The notes under the pieces: generated by a model | What the model was told of the DNA's origin: nothing | The model's database searches: none | Seen by the model: only the letters and a program-made list of their open reading frames with translations | Shown: positions 18,990-30,693 of the stretch, one piece after another | How positions within the stretch are numbered: the first letter of the stretch is position 1 | Layout of the letters: every line of letters begins with the position of its first letter | Source of the DNA: Chthoniobacteraceae bacterium | Lineage (GTDB): Bacteria; Verrucomicrobiota; Verrucomicrobiia; Chthoniobacterales; Chthoniobacteraceae | Direction: 5' to 3' | NCBI GenBank assembly: GCA_031409335.1 | Contig: JANNWY010000236.1 | Span: 1-64,000 of the forward strand | DNA: 64,000 nt | Translations under genes and position numbers: made by a program

Positions 18990-20838
18990 CGCGGCTTCGG
19001 ACCTGCGGGGAGAGCATTCATCTCCGAGCTTCTTTCACCGCTTTCTCCGCGAATCGCCGGTCGATGCGACCAAGCGTCACCTCGGGCGGCTGCGCGATCT
19101 GACGGATGCGCGCCTGCGCGAACTCACCGCTGCGCGACCGTCGAATGCCGAAGCCATCGCGCTCATTTCCGAATCCGTCCGCCGCACCCACGGCCTCGTG
19201 CCGTACGATGTGCAGCTCCATGCCGGTCATGTCCTCGCCGCGGGTCATCTCGCGGAAATGGCCACGGGAGAAGGCAAGACGCTCGTCGCGCTGCTGCCCG
19301 CGTTTTGCTTCGCGCTCGAAGGCCGCGGCGTCCACGTCGCGACCGTGAACAGCTATCTCGCCGAACGCGATTGCGAGTTCGCGCGCCCGGCATTCGAGCG
19401 GCTCGGGATGACGGTGGGAATGCTGGTCGAGAAAGCATCGAAGCCGGAAAAGAATAAGTCCTATGCGTCCCACGTGACCTATGGCGTCGGCACAGAATTC
19501 GGATTCGACTACCTCCGCGACCAACTCGCGATCCGCGCACTCGGCGACGTGCGCCCGCGCTTCCACGAACTCCTCGCCGGCCGCACCCAGCCAAGGCCCG
19601 ACACTGTCCAGCGCGGCCACGCCTTTGCCGTCATCGACGAGGCCGACAGCGTCCTCATCGACGAGGCACGCAGCCCGCTCATCGTCGCCACTGGCGCGCG
19701 CGAGCCGCACGAAACGCCCCAGGTCTTTCACCTCGCGGATCGCATCGCCAGGGGATTGCGCGCCGACGAAGACTTCGAGCGCGCCCCACATTCCCAACGC
19801 CTCACGCTCACGCACGAGGGCACTCGCCGCGCGCTCGCGCAACTCACCGACGCCGTGCTCCCGCACCTCCAGCGGATGTGGCAGGGCTACGTCGAGCAGG
19901 CTCTGCACGCGCGGCACAATTTGCGGCGCGATGTGCAATACGTCATCGCCGAAGGCAAGGTCGTCATCGTCGATGAATTCACCGGTCGCCCCTGCCCCGA
20001 CCGCACCTGGCGCGATGGCATGCACCAGGCCGTCGAAGCCAGCGCGGGTGTCACCGTCACCGAGGAAAATTCCTCCGAGGCCACCATCACGCGGCCCGCG
20101 TATTTTCGGCTCTACGATAAGATCTGCGGCATGACCGGCACCGCGCGCGAAGCCGCCGCCGAACTCCGCGAATGCTACCGGCTCACGAGCACCGTCATCC
20201 CGCTCCGCCGCCCTTCGCTTCGCGAAATCCTGCCCGATCGCATCTTCACCAACCGCGCGCAAAAACTCGATGCCGTCGCCCGCGAAATCGCAAAACGGCG
20301 GGCCGCCGGACAGCCCGTGCTCATTGGCACGCGCACCATCGAAAACAGCGAAGCCCTTGCCGAAAAACTCACCGCGCTCGGCAATCCATTCCGGCTGCTC
20401 AACGCGAAGCAAAATGCCGAGGAAGCCGCGATCGTCGAGCAGGCGGGCGAACCCGGAGTCGTGACCATCGCCACAAACATGGCCGGGCGCGGCGCGCACA
20501 TTCCCGTTCCTGGGGAAAGCGTGCGCGCTGGCGGACTGCACGTCATCGGCCTCGAGCGCCACGAATCCGCGCGCATCGACCGCCAGCTCATCGGCCGCTC
20601 GGCCCGGCAAGGCCAGCCCGGCAGCGCGCAGTTTTTCCTCTCGCTGGAGGACGATTTGATTGTTCGGCATTCGCCGAAAATCGCCGCGCTGTCGGCCGAT
20701 GAAAACGGCGAGCTGCCCGGCGCGACTGCCGAAATTTTCCACAAAATCCAGCGCAAGGTCGAATCCGAAGACCGCCAGCAACGGCGCCAGCTCGCGCACT
20801 ACGACCGGTGGCTGGATGAACTGAAACAAGCTTTATGA
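18961..20838 (+). CDS. Accessory SecA-like DEAD ATPase (short, ~625 aa, C-terminally truncated)
   Basis: SecA motifs MATGEGKT, VNSYLAERD, FGFDYLRD, IDEADSVLIDEA, DEFTGR, GMTGTA, TIATNMAGRG, ERHESARIDRQLIGRSARQG, LSLEDDL; ends ~60 aa after LEDDL. Start placed at ATG 18961, overlapping the tolC end. Confidence 0.9.
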   Translation: MGNPTCRANSAASDLRGEHSSPSFFHRFLRESPVDATKRHLGRLRDLTDARLRELTAARPSNAEAIALISESVRRTHGLVPYDVQLHAGHVLAAGHLAEMATGEGKTLVALLPAFCFALEGRGVHVATVNSYLAERDCEFARPAFERLGMTVGMLVEKASKPEKNKSYASHVTYGVGTEFGFDYLRDQLAIRALGDVRPRFHELLAGRTQPRPDTVQRGHAFAVIDEADSVLIDEARSPLIVATGAREPHETPQVFHLADRIARGLRADEDFERAPHSQRLTLTHEGTRRALAQLTDAVLPHLQRMWQGYVEQALHARHNLRRDVQYVIAEGKVVIVDEFTGRPCPDRTWRDGMHQAVEASAGVTVTEENSSEATITRPAYFRLYDKICGMTGTAREAAAELRECYRLTSTVIPLRRPSLREILPDRIFTNRAQKLDAVAREIAKRRAAGQPVLIGTRTIENSEALAEKLTALGNPFRLLNAKQNAEEAAIVEQAGEPGVVTIATNMAGRGAHIPVPGESVRAGGLHVIGLERHESARIDRQLIGRSARQGQPGSAQFFLSLEDDLIVRHSPKIAALSADENGELPGATAEIFHKIQRKVESEDRQQRRQLAHYDRWLDELKQAL

Positions 20839-21620
20839 ACTCCGAACTTCCAAACCTGAAACCGCAACGCCGAACGACACGTCAGCGCGCGCGCATTCTT
20901 CATTGGATGTTCGGCGTTGGGGTTTGGGCGTTCGGCGTTTCCGCGATTGCGGAAGACATTCTTGGCTACACCGAGCCCTACAAAATCATCACCGTTTCCG
21001 CATCCGAACCCGGCGTGCTCGCGGAATTGCTCGTGGAGGAGGGCGTGAACGTGAAAAAGAACCAGGTGCTCGCGCGTCTCGATGTCGCCGCCCTCAGCGC
21101 CGAGCTGGAAATCGCGAAGGCCGAGGCGCAGCTCCAGGCCACGCGCAAACAGCGCCTCGCCGAACTCGCGCAATCCAGCCGCGCCACCACCGACGAACTC
21201 GACAAGGCAAAAACCGATCTCGTCATCAAGGAAGCGCAGGTCCGCAAGACCGAGGCGATGATCGAATCCCGCACGATGCGCAGCCCGGTCGATGGCATCG
21301 TCACCGAAATCAAACGCGATCCGAGCGAGAGTGTTTCCGTCGCCAATCCGCACGTCCTCACCGTCGTGCAAATCGACAAACTGACCGTGAATCTTTTCCT
21401 GCCGCCAAAGATCGCGCTCCAGCTAAAACCCGGCGGCACAGCGCTGCTGCGTTTTGAAAACGGCGATTCGCGCGTCCCCGCGACAATCGAATTCATCAGC
21501 CCCGTCACCGACTCCGCGAGCGGCACCGTGCGGGTGAAATTCGCGATCGAAAACACCGCGCGCCAGCACCGGGCCGGAGCCCGCTGCACCCTCGCGGATG
21601 AGCCGAAGGCAGGGAGTTGA
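20835..21620 (+). CDS. Membrane fusion protein / periplasmic adaptor (HlyD/RND MFP family)
   Basis: Split lipoyl domain (GVLAELLVEEG..VKKNQVLARLD ... MRSPVDGIV), coiled coil, and FISPVTDSASGTVRV; ATGA overlap with the secA-like stop. Confidence 0.88.
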   Translation: MNSELPNLKPQRRTTRQRARILHWMFGVGVWAFGVSAIAEDILGYTEPYKIITVSASEPGVLAELLVEEGVNVKKNQVLARLDVAALSAELEIAKAEAQLQATRKQRLAELAQSSRATTDELDKAKTDLVIKEAQVRKTEAMIESRTMRSPVDGIVTEIKRDPSESVSVANPHVLTVVQIDKLTVNLFLPPKIALQLKPGGTALLRFENGDSRVPATIEFISPVTDSASGTVRVKFAIENTARQHRAGARCTLADEPKAGS

Positions 21621-21662
21621 CCGGAATGGTGTTTCGGATGCGCGATCGTCGCGCCGCTGGCC

Positions 21663-21847
21663 AGCCTGAAAGGCTGAAACAACAAAGCCCAGGGCAACGC
21701 CCTGGGTATCCCGGAAAAACAACTCCAGCCCTGAAAGGGCGCGACACCACCGATTCGCGCGGCTTGTCTCGCCCTTGCAGGGCTACCACCTCAACGCACC
21801 TTCCCCAGGGCGTTGCCCTGGGCTGTGCTGTCGCAGCCTTTCAGGCT
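21663..21847. repeat. Nested palindromic REP/MITE-like element
   Basis: AGCCTGAAAGGCTG (21663) / CAGCCTTTCAGGCT (21834); AGCCCAGGGCAACGCCCTGGG (21686) / CCCAGGGCGTTGCCCTGGGCT (21804); AGCCCTGAAAGGGC (21727) / GCCCTTGCAGGGCT (21771). Lies between convergent genes. Confidence 0.85.
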
Positions 21848-21935
21848 TATCGCGTCGGCGGCGAATCGAGCGGCAAACTGCTTTTTCAAAAACCGCCTTC
21901 ACTCAATGCTATTCCGAGCTGACCGCGCTTTTTCC

Positions 21936-23732
21936 CTACTGCACCAGGGTCTCCGACGGCTCGCTGCCGACCGGACTTTCGCTGGCGGGATTCGCTTCGC
22001 CGCCGGGCAGCGTGAGCCCTTTCAAAAGCTGTCCCGGATCGAGCGAACCATCTGCCAGCGCGGCTTCCATCGAGGGCAGCGCGGTGCCGATCGCGCCGGC
22101 CATCACGCCGAGCAGCACCTGGTTGAAAGTCACGGGGCCGGTCGATTCGATGAGCGTTCCCTGATCCGTCGTGGCTTGGGAATAGACGATCGGGCCGAGG
22201 TGCTGGCTGATGACACTTGCCGCTGGCAGCCTCCCCGCGTCGAGGAATTGCCCGGCCTCGGACGTGAACGCGAGGCTCACGCCGAGTAGCGATTTCAGCG
22301 GCTCGTAACCGCGCTCGAAAAGAGTCTTCAGGTCGATGTAGCCAAAACCGGAAGTCGGCGTGGCCACGGATCGAGTCGCGGCTTCATACGTCGGGGTTGT
22401 GTCGATGCGCCCCTGTCCGGCTTTCATTTGCCCGAGCCCTTTCGCGACCGAATCGCGGGTCAAGCCGATCAGCGCAAATTTCTCCGTGAGCGCGACGGTC
22501 GGCGAGAATTCCATCAGCGGCGTGGTGAAAAAAGTGACGCCGTCGTGTTCCGATTTTTCCCACGGAACTTCGCCGGCCCGACTCGTCAGCAGATTTACAA
22601 AAGCCGCGGCCTTCTCCGCATCGCGCACATCCAGCGCGAGGAGTCCGGAGGCCGATTCCCCTTCCGGCACCCAATCGACGAGCGCACCGAATTCCGGTCC
22701 AAACGCCTTGGGCAAATCGGCGAGCGCGAGATGTTTTTCCATCAGCGATTGATTCAGCGCATCCCAGCCCGGCAGCAGCGCGAGCATTGGCGCGTTTTCC
22801 TCCGAAATCGCCAGCGTCTCCGGCAGCCGCATGGCGTAATAAAGGAGCGTCGCGGGCGAACTCAGCGCGATCGCATTCCGCGCCAGCGACGGCTCCGGCG
22901 CGCTGCCGGGGCGCAGCACGAAGATCGAATCGCGGCAGTTTTTCCCGTCGAATTTCATCGTCGCGGAAATCGCCTTCACCTTGCGCAGTTCGTCGAACTC
23001 CTTCGGATCGGTTTTCTGCCCGGCGGCCACGGCGAGCGAGGCGACGCGCTCGATCATCACGCCGGTCTGCGCCACGAACAGCGCATCCGGCGCGGTCGGC
23101 AGCGGGGCGATTGCCTCCTTGTAGATGTCGCTCGCCGCGAGGGAAGTCCCGGGGGTTTTTCCGTCGAGCCGGTCGATCGTGCGGTGGAGCAGTTCGAGAT
23201 CATCCGCGATGAAGTACCAGCCGTCGCAGAAGACTTCGGCAATCGTGAGATCCTTTTCCGTGAACGTCTCGATCTCGCGCTCGCCGTAAGTCGTGAAGTC
23301 GCCCTTCCCCGCCGGACGGCTCTGCCGCAGCGCCGAGCGCCAGCCCGCCGCGACCGCTTCCGCGTCCTTCTGCCGACCGCTGTAGGCGAAGCCTGCGACA
23401 AATTTTGGCACCGCGCCGTCGATCGAAGTGATCGCCACGAAACCCTCGCGCGGGAGCATCAGCGCGAATTTTCTCCAGTCATCAAACAGGGGATTGCTGT
23501 CGGCGTCTGGAAATGCGCGCTGCAATTCCGGCTCCTGCAAAATGTCCCACAGTGCCGTCTTCGAGAAACGCTGCGCGCTCGTGAGCGTATCCGGGATTTG
23601 CGCGAAAAGCACGGTGTCTGCCGGGACGAGTTCCGCAGCCCGCGGAGTGTGCGCGACCACCTTTTTGAGAACGAAAAACGCACCCGCCGCAACTGCCGCG
23701 AGAAACACCACGGCGATAATGACTTTCTTCAT
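21936..23732 (-). CDS. Membrane-anchored hypothetical protein (DUF3352-like)
   Basis: 598-aa ORF; N-terminal hydrophobic anchor followed by AAELVPADTVLFA, typical of DUF3352-like proteins. Confidence 0.7.
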   Translation of the reverse strand: MKKVIIAVVFLAAVAAGAFFVLKKVVAHTPRAAELVPADTVLFAQIPDTLTSAQRFSKTALWDILQEPELQRAFPDADSNPLFDDWRKFALMLPREGFVAITSIDGAVPKFVAGFAYSGRQKDAEAVAAGWRSALRQSRPAGKGDFTTYGEREIETFTEKDLTIAEVFCDGWYFIADDLELLHRTIDRLDGKTPGTSLAASDIYKEAIAPLPTAPDALFVAQTGVMIERVASLAVAAGQKTDPKEFDELRKVKAISATMKFDGKNCRDSIFVLRPGSAPEPSLARNAIALSSPATLLYYAMRLPETLAISEENAPMLALLPGWDALNQSLMEKHLALADLPKAFGPEFGALVDWVPEGESASGLLALDVRDAEKAAAFVNLLTSRAGEVPWEKSEHDGVTFFTTPLMEFSPTVALTEKFALIGLTRDSVAKGLGQMKAGQGRIDTTPTYEAATRSVATPTSGFGYIDLKTLFERGYEPLKSLLGVSLAFTSEAGQFLDAGRLPAASVISQHLGPIVYSQATTDQGTLIESTGPVTFNQVLLGVMAGAIGTALPSMEAALADGSLDPGQLLKGLTLPGGEANPASESPVGSEPSETLVQ

Positions 23733-23775
23733 AGAGGTGTCGGAAAGAACGCCGGAAGTGTGCCGCGAGAAAGGG

Positions 23776-23889
23776 AATTTTCCCTCCCGCGCAAGCTCCT
23801 GCTCCTGCTCTTGATCCTCTTCGTTCCGCCTCCAACCGATCTGGGAAGATGTGGATCAAGAGCAGGATCAGGATTCGGAAGGGAAAATT
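23776..23889. repeat. Hairpin repeat element with GCTCCT/GAGCAG hexamer arms
   Basis: AATTTTCCCTCCCG...TCCTGCTCTTGATCC pairs with GGATCAAGAGCAGGA...CGGAAGGGAAAATT. Confidence 0.7.
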
Positions 23890-24000
23890 GCAGCTCGACC
23901 GCGCCTGTTGCACAGTTCCCCCCGGTCCGTGCAAGAACCCATGCGGTCGAGCTGCTCCCTTTTTGGATTTTTTCCCCCTGAGTCCGATTTCTCGGGCGAC
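23884..24000 (-). ncRNA. Candidate sigma54-dependent small RNA (~115 nt)
   Basis: Starts ~12 nt after a consensus -24/-12 box; purine/GGA-rich 5' part and a long stem GCAGCTCGACCGC/GCGGTCGAGCTGC with inner TTGCAC/GTGCAA, followed by AATTTT; no credible ORF. Confidence 0.4.
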
Positions 24001-24009
24001 ATCGTACCT

Positions 24010-24025
24010 AGCAACGGCAATGCCA
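24010..24025 (-). promoter_or_regulatory. Putative sigma54 (-24/-12) promoter
   Basis: Minus strand TGGCATTGCCGTTGCT: TGGCA...TTGCT with exact GG-N10-GC spacing, and an A/T-rich stretch upstream (24040-24135). Confidence 0.65.
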
Positions 24026-24189
24026 GCCGCGGGCACGATGTGGAAAAATTTTGAAACACAGAGGAAATCCGCCCGTCCCAACGCGGTTTTGCTCCATTTC
24101 ATTGCACTTCTGAACACTACTGAATGGAAAGAAACCGCCACCCTGTGCAGCTCGCGCCGAAAAATAGTCACAGTCAGTGATGCGATGTT

Positions 24190-24286
24190 GCCGCTGAGGA
24201 CTCGGACGACGCGGAAAACGCGGAGAAGAACCAAGGCTTTCCGTCTTCTCGTCCGTGTCTTCCGCGTCCTCCGAGTCCTCAGCGGC
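24190..24286. repeat. Palindromic REP-like element with 9-nt periodic arms
   Basis: GCCGCTGAGGACTCGGACGACGCGGAAAACGCGGA pairs with TCCGTGTCTTCCGCGTCCTCCGAGTCCTCAGCGGC, directly after the murQ stop; same family as 36653-36834. Confidence 0.8.
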
Positions 24287-25149
24287 TATCCACTTCCATC
24301 CAGCAAGGCGCGCACATTCCAGCCCGCCCGCTCCAGCCGCCGCCGCGCTTCATCGTAGGAAATGTCCAGCGTTTCGCTGATGAGACGCGCGCCGCGGTCG
24401 CGCAGTTTTTCGTTGGAAATGCGGAGATCGACCATCGCATTCCCGCGCACCCGCCCGAGGCGGACCATGGCGGCGGTCGAGAGGAGATTCAGCACGAGTT
24501 TCGTTGCCGTGCCGGCTTTGAGGCGCGTTGAGCCGGTCACGATTTCCGGGCCGGTCGGCAGGTCGATTTCCACGTCCCATTTTTCCGCGCCGCGCACCCG
24601 CGCCGGATTGCACGTGAGCAGCAGCGTGTGCGCGCCCGCCCTTCTCGCCCGCGCCAGCGCGCCGAGCACAAACGGCGTGCGCCCGCTCGCCGCGATCCCG
24701 CACACGACATCGCCCGCGCGCACCCCGCGATCCGCGATCGCGAACGCGCCCGCCGCCGGCTGATCCTCCGCGCCCTCCACCGCGGAATGCAGCGCCCGCG
24801 CGCCGCCCGCGATTATCCCCTGCACCAAGTCCGCCGACGCACCGAAAGTCGGCGGAATCTCGCTCGCATCCAGCACCCCGAGCCGTCCGCTCGTCCCCGC
24901 GCCAACATAAAACAGCCGCCCACCTTTCTGCATCGCCGCCGCGAGCATATCGACCGCCGCGATCAATTCCGCCCGCCGCTCCGCCAGCGCCCGCTGCACG
25001 AATTCCTCTTCATTCACAAAAAGCTCCACGATCGCCGCCGTCGAAAGCGCATCCAAATTCACCGAGCGCGGATTCGCCTGTTCCGTGGAAGCAGCTGCCA
25101 GTTCCGGTTTCGCCACCGCCGCGACCAATCCGCAATCCGCAATCCGCAA
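24286..25149 (-). CDS. murQ: N-acetylmuramic acid 6-phosphate etherase (probably the C-terminal part of a frameshifted kinase-MurQ fusion)
   Basis: STEQANPRS, YVGAGTSGRLGVLDASEIPPTFG, GIAASGRTP, GPEIVTGSTRLKAGTATK, MVDL...NEKLRDR. Only a TTG start, lying within a heptamer repeat. Confidence 0.9.
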   Translation of the reverse strand: MRIADCGLVAAVAKPELAAASTEQANPRSVNLDALSTAAIVELFVNEEEFVQRALAERRAELIAAVDMLAAAMQKGGRLFYVGAGTSGRLGVLDASEIPPTFGASADLVQGIIAGGARALHSAVEGAEDQPAAGAFAIADRGVRAGDVVCGIAASGRTPFVLGALARARRAGAHTLLLTCNPARVRGAEKWDVEIDLPTGPEIVTGSTRLKAGTATKLVLNLLSTAAMVRLGRVRGNAMVDLRISNEKLRDRGARLISETLDISYDEARRRLERAGWNVRALLDGSG

Positions 25150-26030
25150 TCCCCCGCCGCCAGCCGCGCCGCACCGAGAGCTCCCGACTCATCGCAAATC
25201 TCGACCACCGCGCCTTTCAGCAGCACGCTCAGCCGCAGTTTGAAAAGCGAAACGTATTCCGGATGATGCACAAACATCCCACCGATCAGCTTCACGCGTG
25301 GCGTTTCCCAAGCCAGCCGCTCCGCCACCGCGCGCGTGAATTCCGCCAGGATCGCCGCCCCGCCCGTGATCGTCTCCAGCATCTCGCGCTCGCCGGTTTT
25401 CGCCGCCGCGAAAATCGCGGGCGCGAGCCGCGCGATCGACATCTTGTCCGCCGCCATCGCCCAGCCAGCGAGATCGCCCAGCGTGTTCAGCGCGAGATCG
25501 CGCAGGATGCGCTCCGCGACTGGCGTGATTTTTTGATCGAGATCGTAGTTGGAAAGCACGAGCCGCAATCCCAGCCGCGCCAAATCATAGCCGCCGCCGC
25601 GGTCGCCGAGCACATGACCCCAGCCGCCCGCCTTTTCGACGCGCGCGCCTTTTCGCCCATGCACCGCCGCGCCCGTGCCAGAGATCACCGCGATCCCATC
25701 CGCGTCGCCAAACGCCGTCGCCATTCCAGAATCGCGATCGCTGCCGACGACCACTCGCGCGCCGATCCACGCCGCTTCCGCGAGCGCCCGCAGCCGCTGG
25801 CGATCTTCCGCCGTCCCGCAGCCCGCGAGGAAAACGCCCACCGCTTCCACATCGCGCGGCAGCGATGCGAAAAGGTGCGCGAGCGTTTCATCTGAAGTCA
25901 GTCGCAGATTCGAGCCGGGCAATTTTCCGCGCGCCGCGATCGTCTGCTGCCCCTCGGCGTGTTCGATCACGACCCAGTCGGTTTTTGTGCCGCCGCCCTC
26001 GATGCCGAGGACTCGCTTTGGACTTTCCAT
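25059..26030 (-). CDS. BadF/BadG/BcrA/BcrD-type sugar kinase (N-acetylglucosamine/MurNAc kinase-like)
   Basis: LGIEGGGTKT, ISGTGA, GGWGHVLGDRGGGY, GAARLA; start MESPKR at 26030. The tail after the heptamer repeat looks out of frame. Confidence 0.85.
   Translation of the reverse strand: MESPKRVLGIEGGGTKTDWVVIEHAEGQQTIAARGKLPGSNLRLTSDETLAHLFASLPRDVEAVGVFLAGCGTAEDRQRLRALAEAAWIGARVVVGSDRDSGMATAFGDADGIAVISGTGAAVHGRKGARVEKAGGWGHVLGDRGGGYDLARLGLRLVLSNYDLDQKITPVAERILRDLALNTLGDLAGWAMAADKMSIARLAPAIFAAAKTGEREMLETITGGAAILAEFTRAVAERLAWETPRVKLIGGMFVHHPEYVSLFKLRLSVLLKGAVVEICDESGALGAARLAAGDCGLRIADWSRRWRNRNWQLLPRNRRIRAR
25126..25152. repeat. Heptamer tandem repeat (CAATCCG)x3.7
   Basis: caatccg caatccg caatccg caatcc read directly, followed by a C5 run, at the kinase/murQ junction. 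Confidence 0.9.
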
Positions 26031-26073
26031 GCGCCGAGTATGAGAAAGAATCGCGCCCGCTACAAACTCCGCT

Positions 26074-28600
<2,527 letters not shown>

Positions 28601-28601
28601 C

Positions 28602-28766
28602 TCCGGGGAGCATACGCGTCTCGCGTGTTGGTTTCGGCGTCCCGCCGAAACGAACTTCCTAGACCGCCGCAACAGATGAGACACGCGATTTACCCAAACG
28701 ATCGTTTCTGAAAGTCCGTGAAGCGGGACGCCTTCACCAACACGCGGGACGCGTATGCTCCCCGGA
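28602..28766. repeat. Palindromic REP-like element
   Basis: CCGGGGAGCATACGCGTC..CGCGTGTTGGT pairs with ACCAACACGCG..GACGCGTATGCTCCCCGG; begins 2 nt after the ligA stop. Confidence 0.85.
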
Positions 28767-28819
28767 AATTCCCAGCGCGGACTTGTCCCCGCGTCACGTT
28801 CTGCTTCCATTCGCGCCCT

Positions 28820-30112
28820 ATGAAAATCGTCCTCGCTTATTCCGGTGGTCTCGACACGTCCGTGCTGCTCGCGTGGTTGAAGGAAACTTACTCCGCCGAG
28901 ATCATCGCTTTTTGCGCGGATGTCGGGCAGGAGGAGGAACTCGATGGGCTCAATGAAAAGGCGATGAGCACGGGCGCGAGCAAGTGTTACATCGACAATC
29001 TCAACGAGGAATTCGCGGCGGATTTCATCTTCCCGATGATCCAGGCGAACGCGATTTACGAAGGCCAATATTTTCTCGGAACGTCGATCGCGCGCCCGCT
29101 GATTGCGAAACGGATGGTCGAAATCGCGCGTGCGGAAGGCGCGGATGCGATCGCGCATGGAGCGACGGGGAAAGGGAACGATCAAGTGCGCTTCGAGCTG
29201 ACTGCTGCGGCGCTCGCGCCGGAACTCGAAGTGATCGCGCCGTGGCGGCAGGATCGGTTTCGCGAACAATTCCCCGGTCGCGCGGAGATGATCGCGTATT
29301 GCGAAACCAAGGGCATCAAAATCCAAGCGTCGGCGAAGAAGCCGTATTCGATGGATCGCAATCTCCTGCACATCTCCTTTGAGGCCGGCATCCTCGAAGA
29401 CCCGTGGTTCGACGCGAGCGCGGAAAAAGCGCGCGAGATGTATGTGCTCAGCGTTTCGCCCGAGGAAGCGCCGGACAAGGCGGAATACGTGGAGCTGCTG
29501 TTTGAAAAGGGCGAATGCATCGCGGTCGGCTACGTCGATCTCGAGGCGCTGCTCGCGAGTCTCGGCTACAACGGCACGCTGAAATACAACGCCGAGAACC
29601 ACGCGCAGCTCTCGCCTTACTGGGTGATGAAAGTGCTGAACGCGCTCGGCGGACGCCACGGCATCGGGCGCGTGGACATGGTGGAAAATCGGTTCGTCGG
29701 GATGAAATCGCGCGGTGTTTACGAGACGCCGGGCGGCGCGATCCTGCACAATGGGCATCGCCAGGTGGAGTCGCTCACGATGGATCGCGAGGTGATGCAC
29801 CTGCGCGATTCGCTGATCCCGAAATACGCGGAACTCGTTTACAACGGCTTTTGGTTCGCGCCCGAGCGCGAGGCGTTGCAGGCGTTCATTACCGAGTCGC
29901 AGAAGAATGTGACCGGCGTCGTGCGGCTGAAACTTTACAAGGGCAACATCATCGTCGCCGGCCGCAAATCGCCGGTCAGCCTCTACAACTCGCACATCGC
30001 CACGATGGAGGCCGACCCGACGAAGGCTTACAACCAGAACGACGCGACCGGCTTCATCGCGCTGAACGCGCTGCGGCTAAAAGTCGCCGCGCGCGTGCAG
30101 GGTCGCGACTAG
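28820..30112 (+). CDS. argG: Argininosuccinate synthase
   Basis: [50 protein letters not shown]; start ATG 28820. Confidence 0.97.
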   Translation: MKIVLAYSGGLDTSVLLAWLKETYSAEIIAFCADVGQEEELDGLNEKAMSTGASKCYIDNLNEEFAADFIFPMIQANAIYEGQYFLGTSIARPLIAKRMVEIARAEGADAIAHGATGKGNDQVRFELTAAALAPELEVIAPWRQDRFREQFPGRAEMIAYCETKGIKIQASAKKPYSMDRNLLHISFEAGILEDPWFDASAEKAREMYVLSVSPEEAPDKAEYVELLFEKGECIAVGYVDLEALLASLGYNGTLKYNAENHAQLSPYWVMKVLNALGGRHGIGRVDMVENRFVGMKSRGVYETPGGAILHNGHRQVESLTMDREVMHLRDSLIPKYAELVYNGFWFAPEREALQAFITESQKNVTGVVRLKLYKGNIIVAGRKSPVSLYNSHIATMEADPTKAYNQNDATGFIALNALRLKVAARVQGRD

Positions 30113-30639
30113 CGCTTGCTGACTTGTTCGCGCAGTTCGTCGATCGCACGCGCCATTTTCGCCATCTGCTCGTGCGTATCTTTCAGCGCCCGCTGCATCT
30201 GCTCCTGCGTGTCGCGCATCGCGCGCTGAATTTCCTCTCGCGACACTGCCGGGCCGCCTTCGGCTGACTTCTGCTGCTGCTCCGCGCGGGCCATTTGCTC
30301 GATCCGCTCGGCTGGCTCATTCAGCCCCGCGGCGCGCAGATGCTTGATCGCCTCCGCGATATGCCGCATCCGCGTCGGCTTTTCGCCTTCATGCGCCGCA
30401 TCTCCGTGCCGCTCCGAGTCCGCGCGCTTGGCACCCTGTTTCCCCATCTCCGCGCGCACGCGCTCCTCCAGCCGCTTCGCTTCATCGTGATGCCCATGCG
30501 CGCGCAGCTCCTCGATTTCCCGCTTCGCCTTCTGCATTTTTTCCCGCACCTCGGCGACCGGTTTTTCGGGTTCCTGGGCGGGAGAAACGTGCGCGCAAAA
30601 CAGCGCTGCGAGGATTGGGAGAAGAGCGGGGATTTTCAT
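30109..30639 (-). CDS. Secreted coiled-coil hypothetical protein
   Basis: Signal peptide [21 protein letters not shown] followed by E/R/K/Q-rich helices. Confidence 0.65.
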   Translation of the reverse strand: MKIPALLPILAALFCAHVSPAQEPEKPVAEVREKMQKAKREIEELRAHGHHDEAKRLEERVRAEMGKQGAKRADSERHGDAAHEGEKPTRMRHIAEAIKHLRAAGLNEPAERIEQMARAEQQQKSAEGGPAVSREEIQRAMRDTQEQMQRALKDTHEQMAKMARAIDELREQVSKR

Positions 30640-30693
30640 GAAGGAAACAAACACCGTCGGGTCGCGATGGTCGCGGGGAAAGTTCTGGCGCAG

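Noticed and set aside
21663..21847. Repeat clusters as a possible CRISPR array
   Set aside because: They are inverted, not direct repeats with unique spacers, and no cas genes are present.
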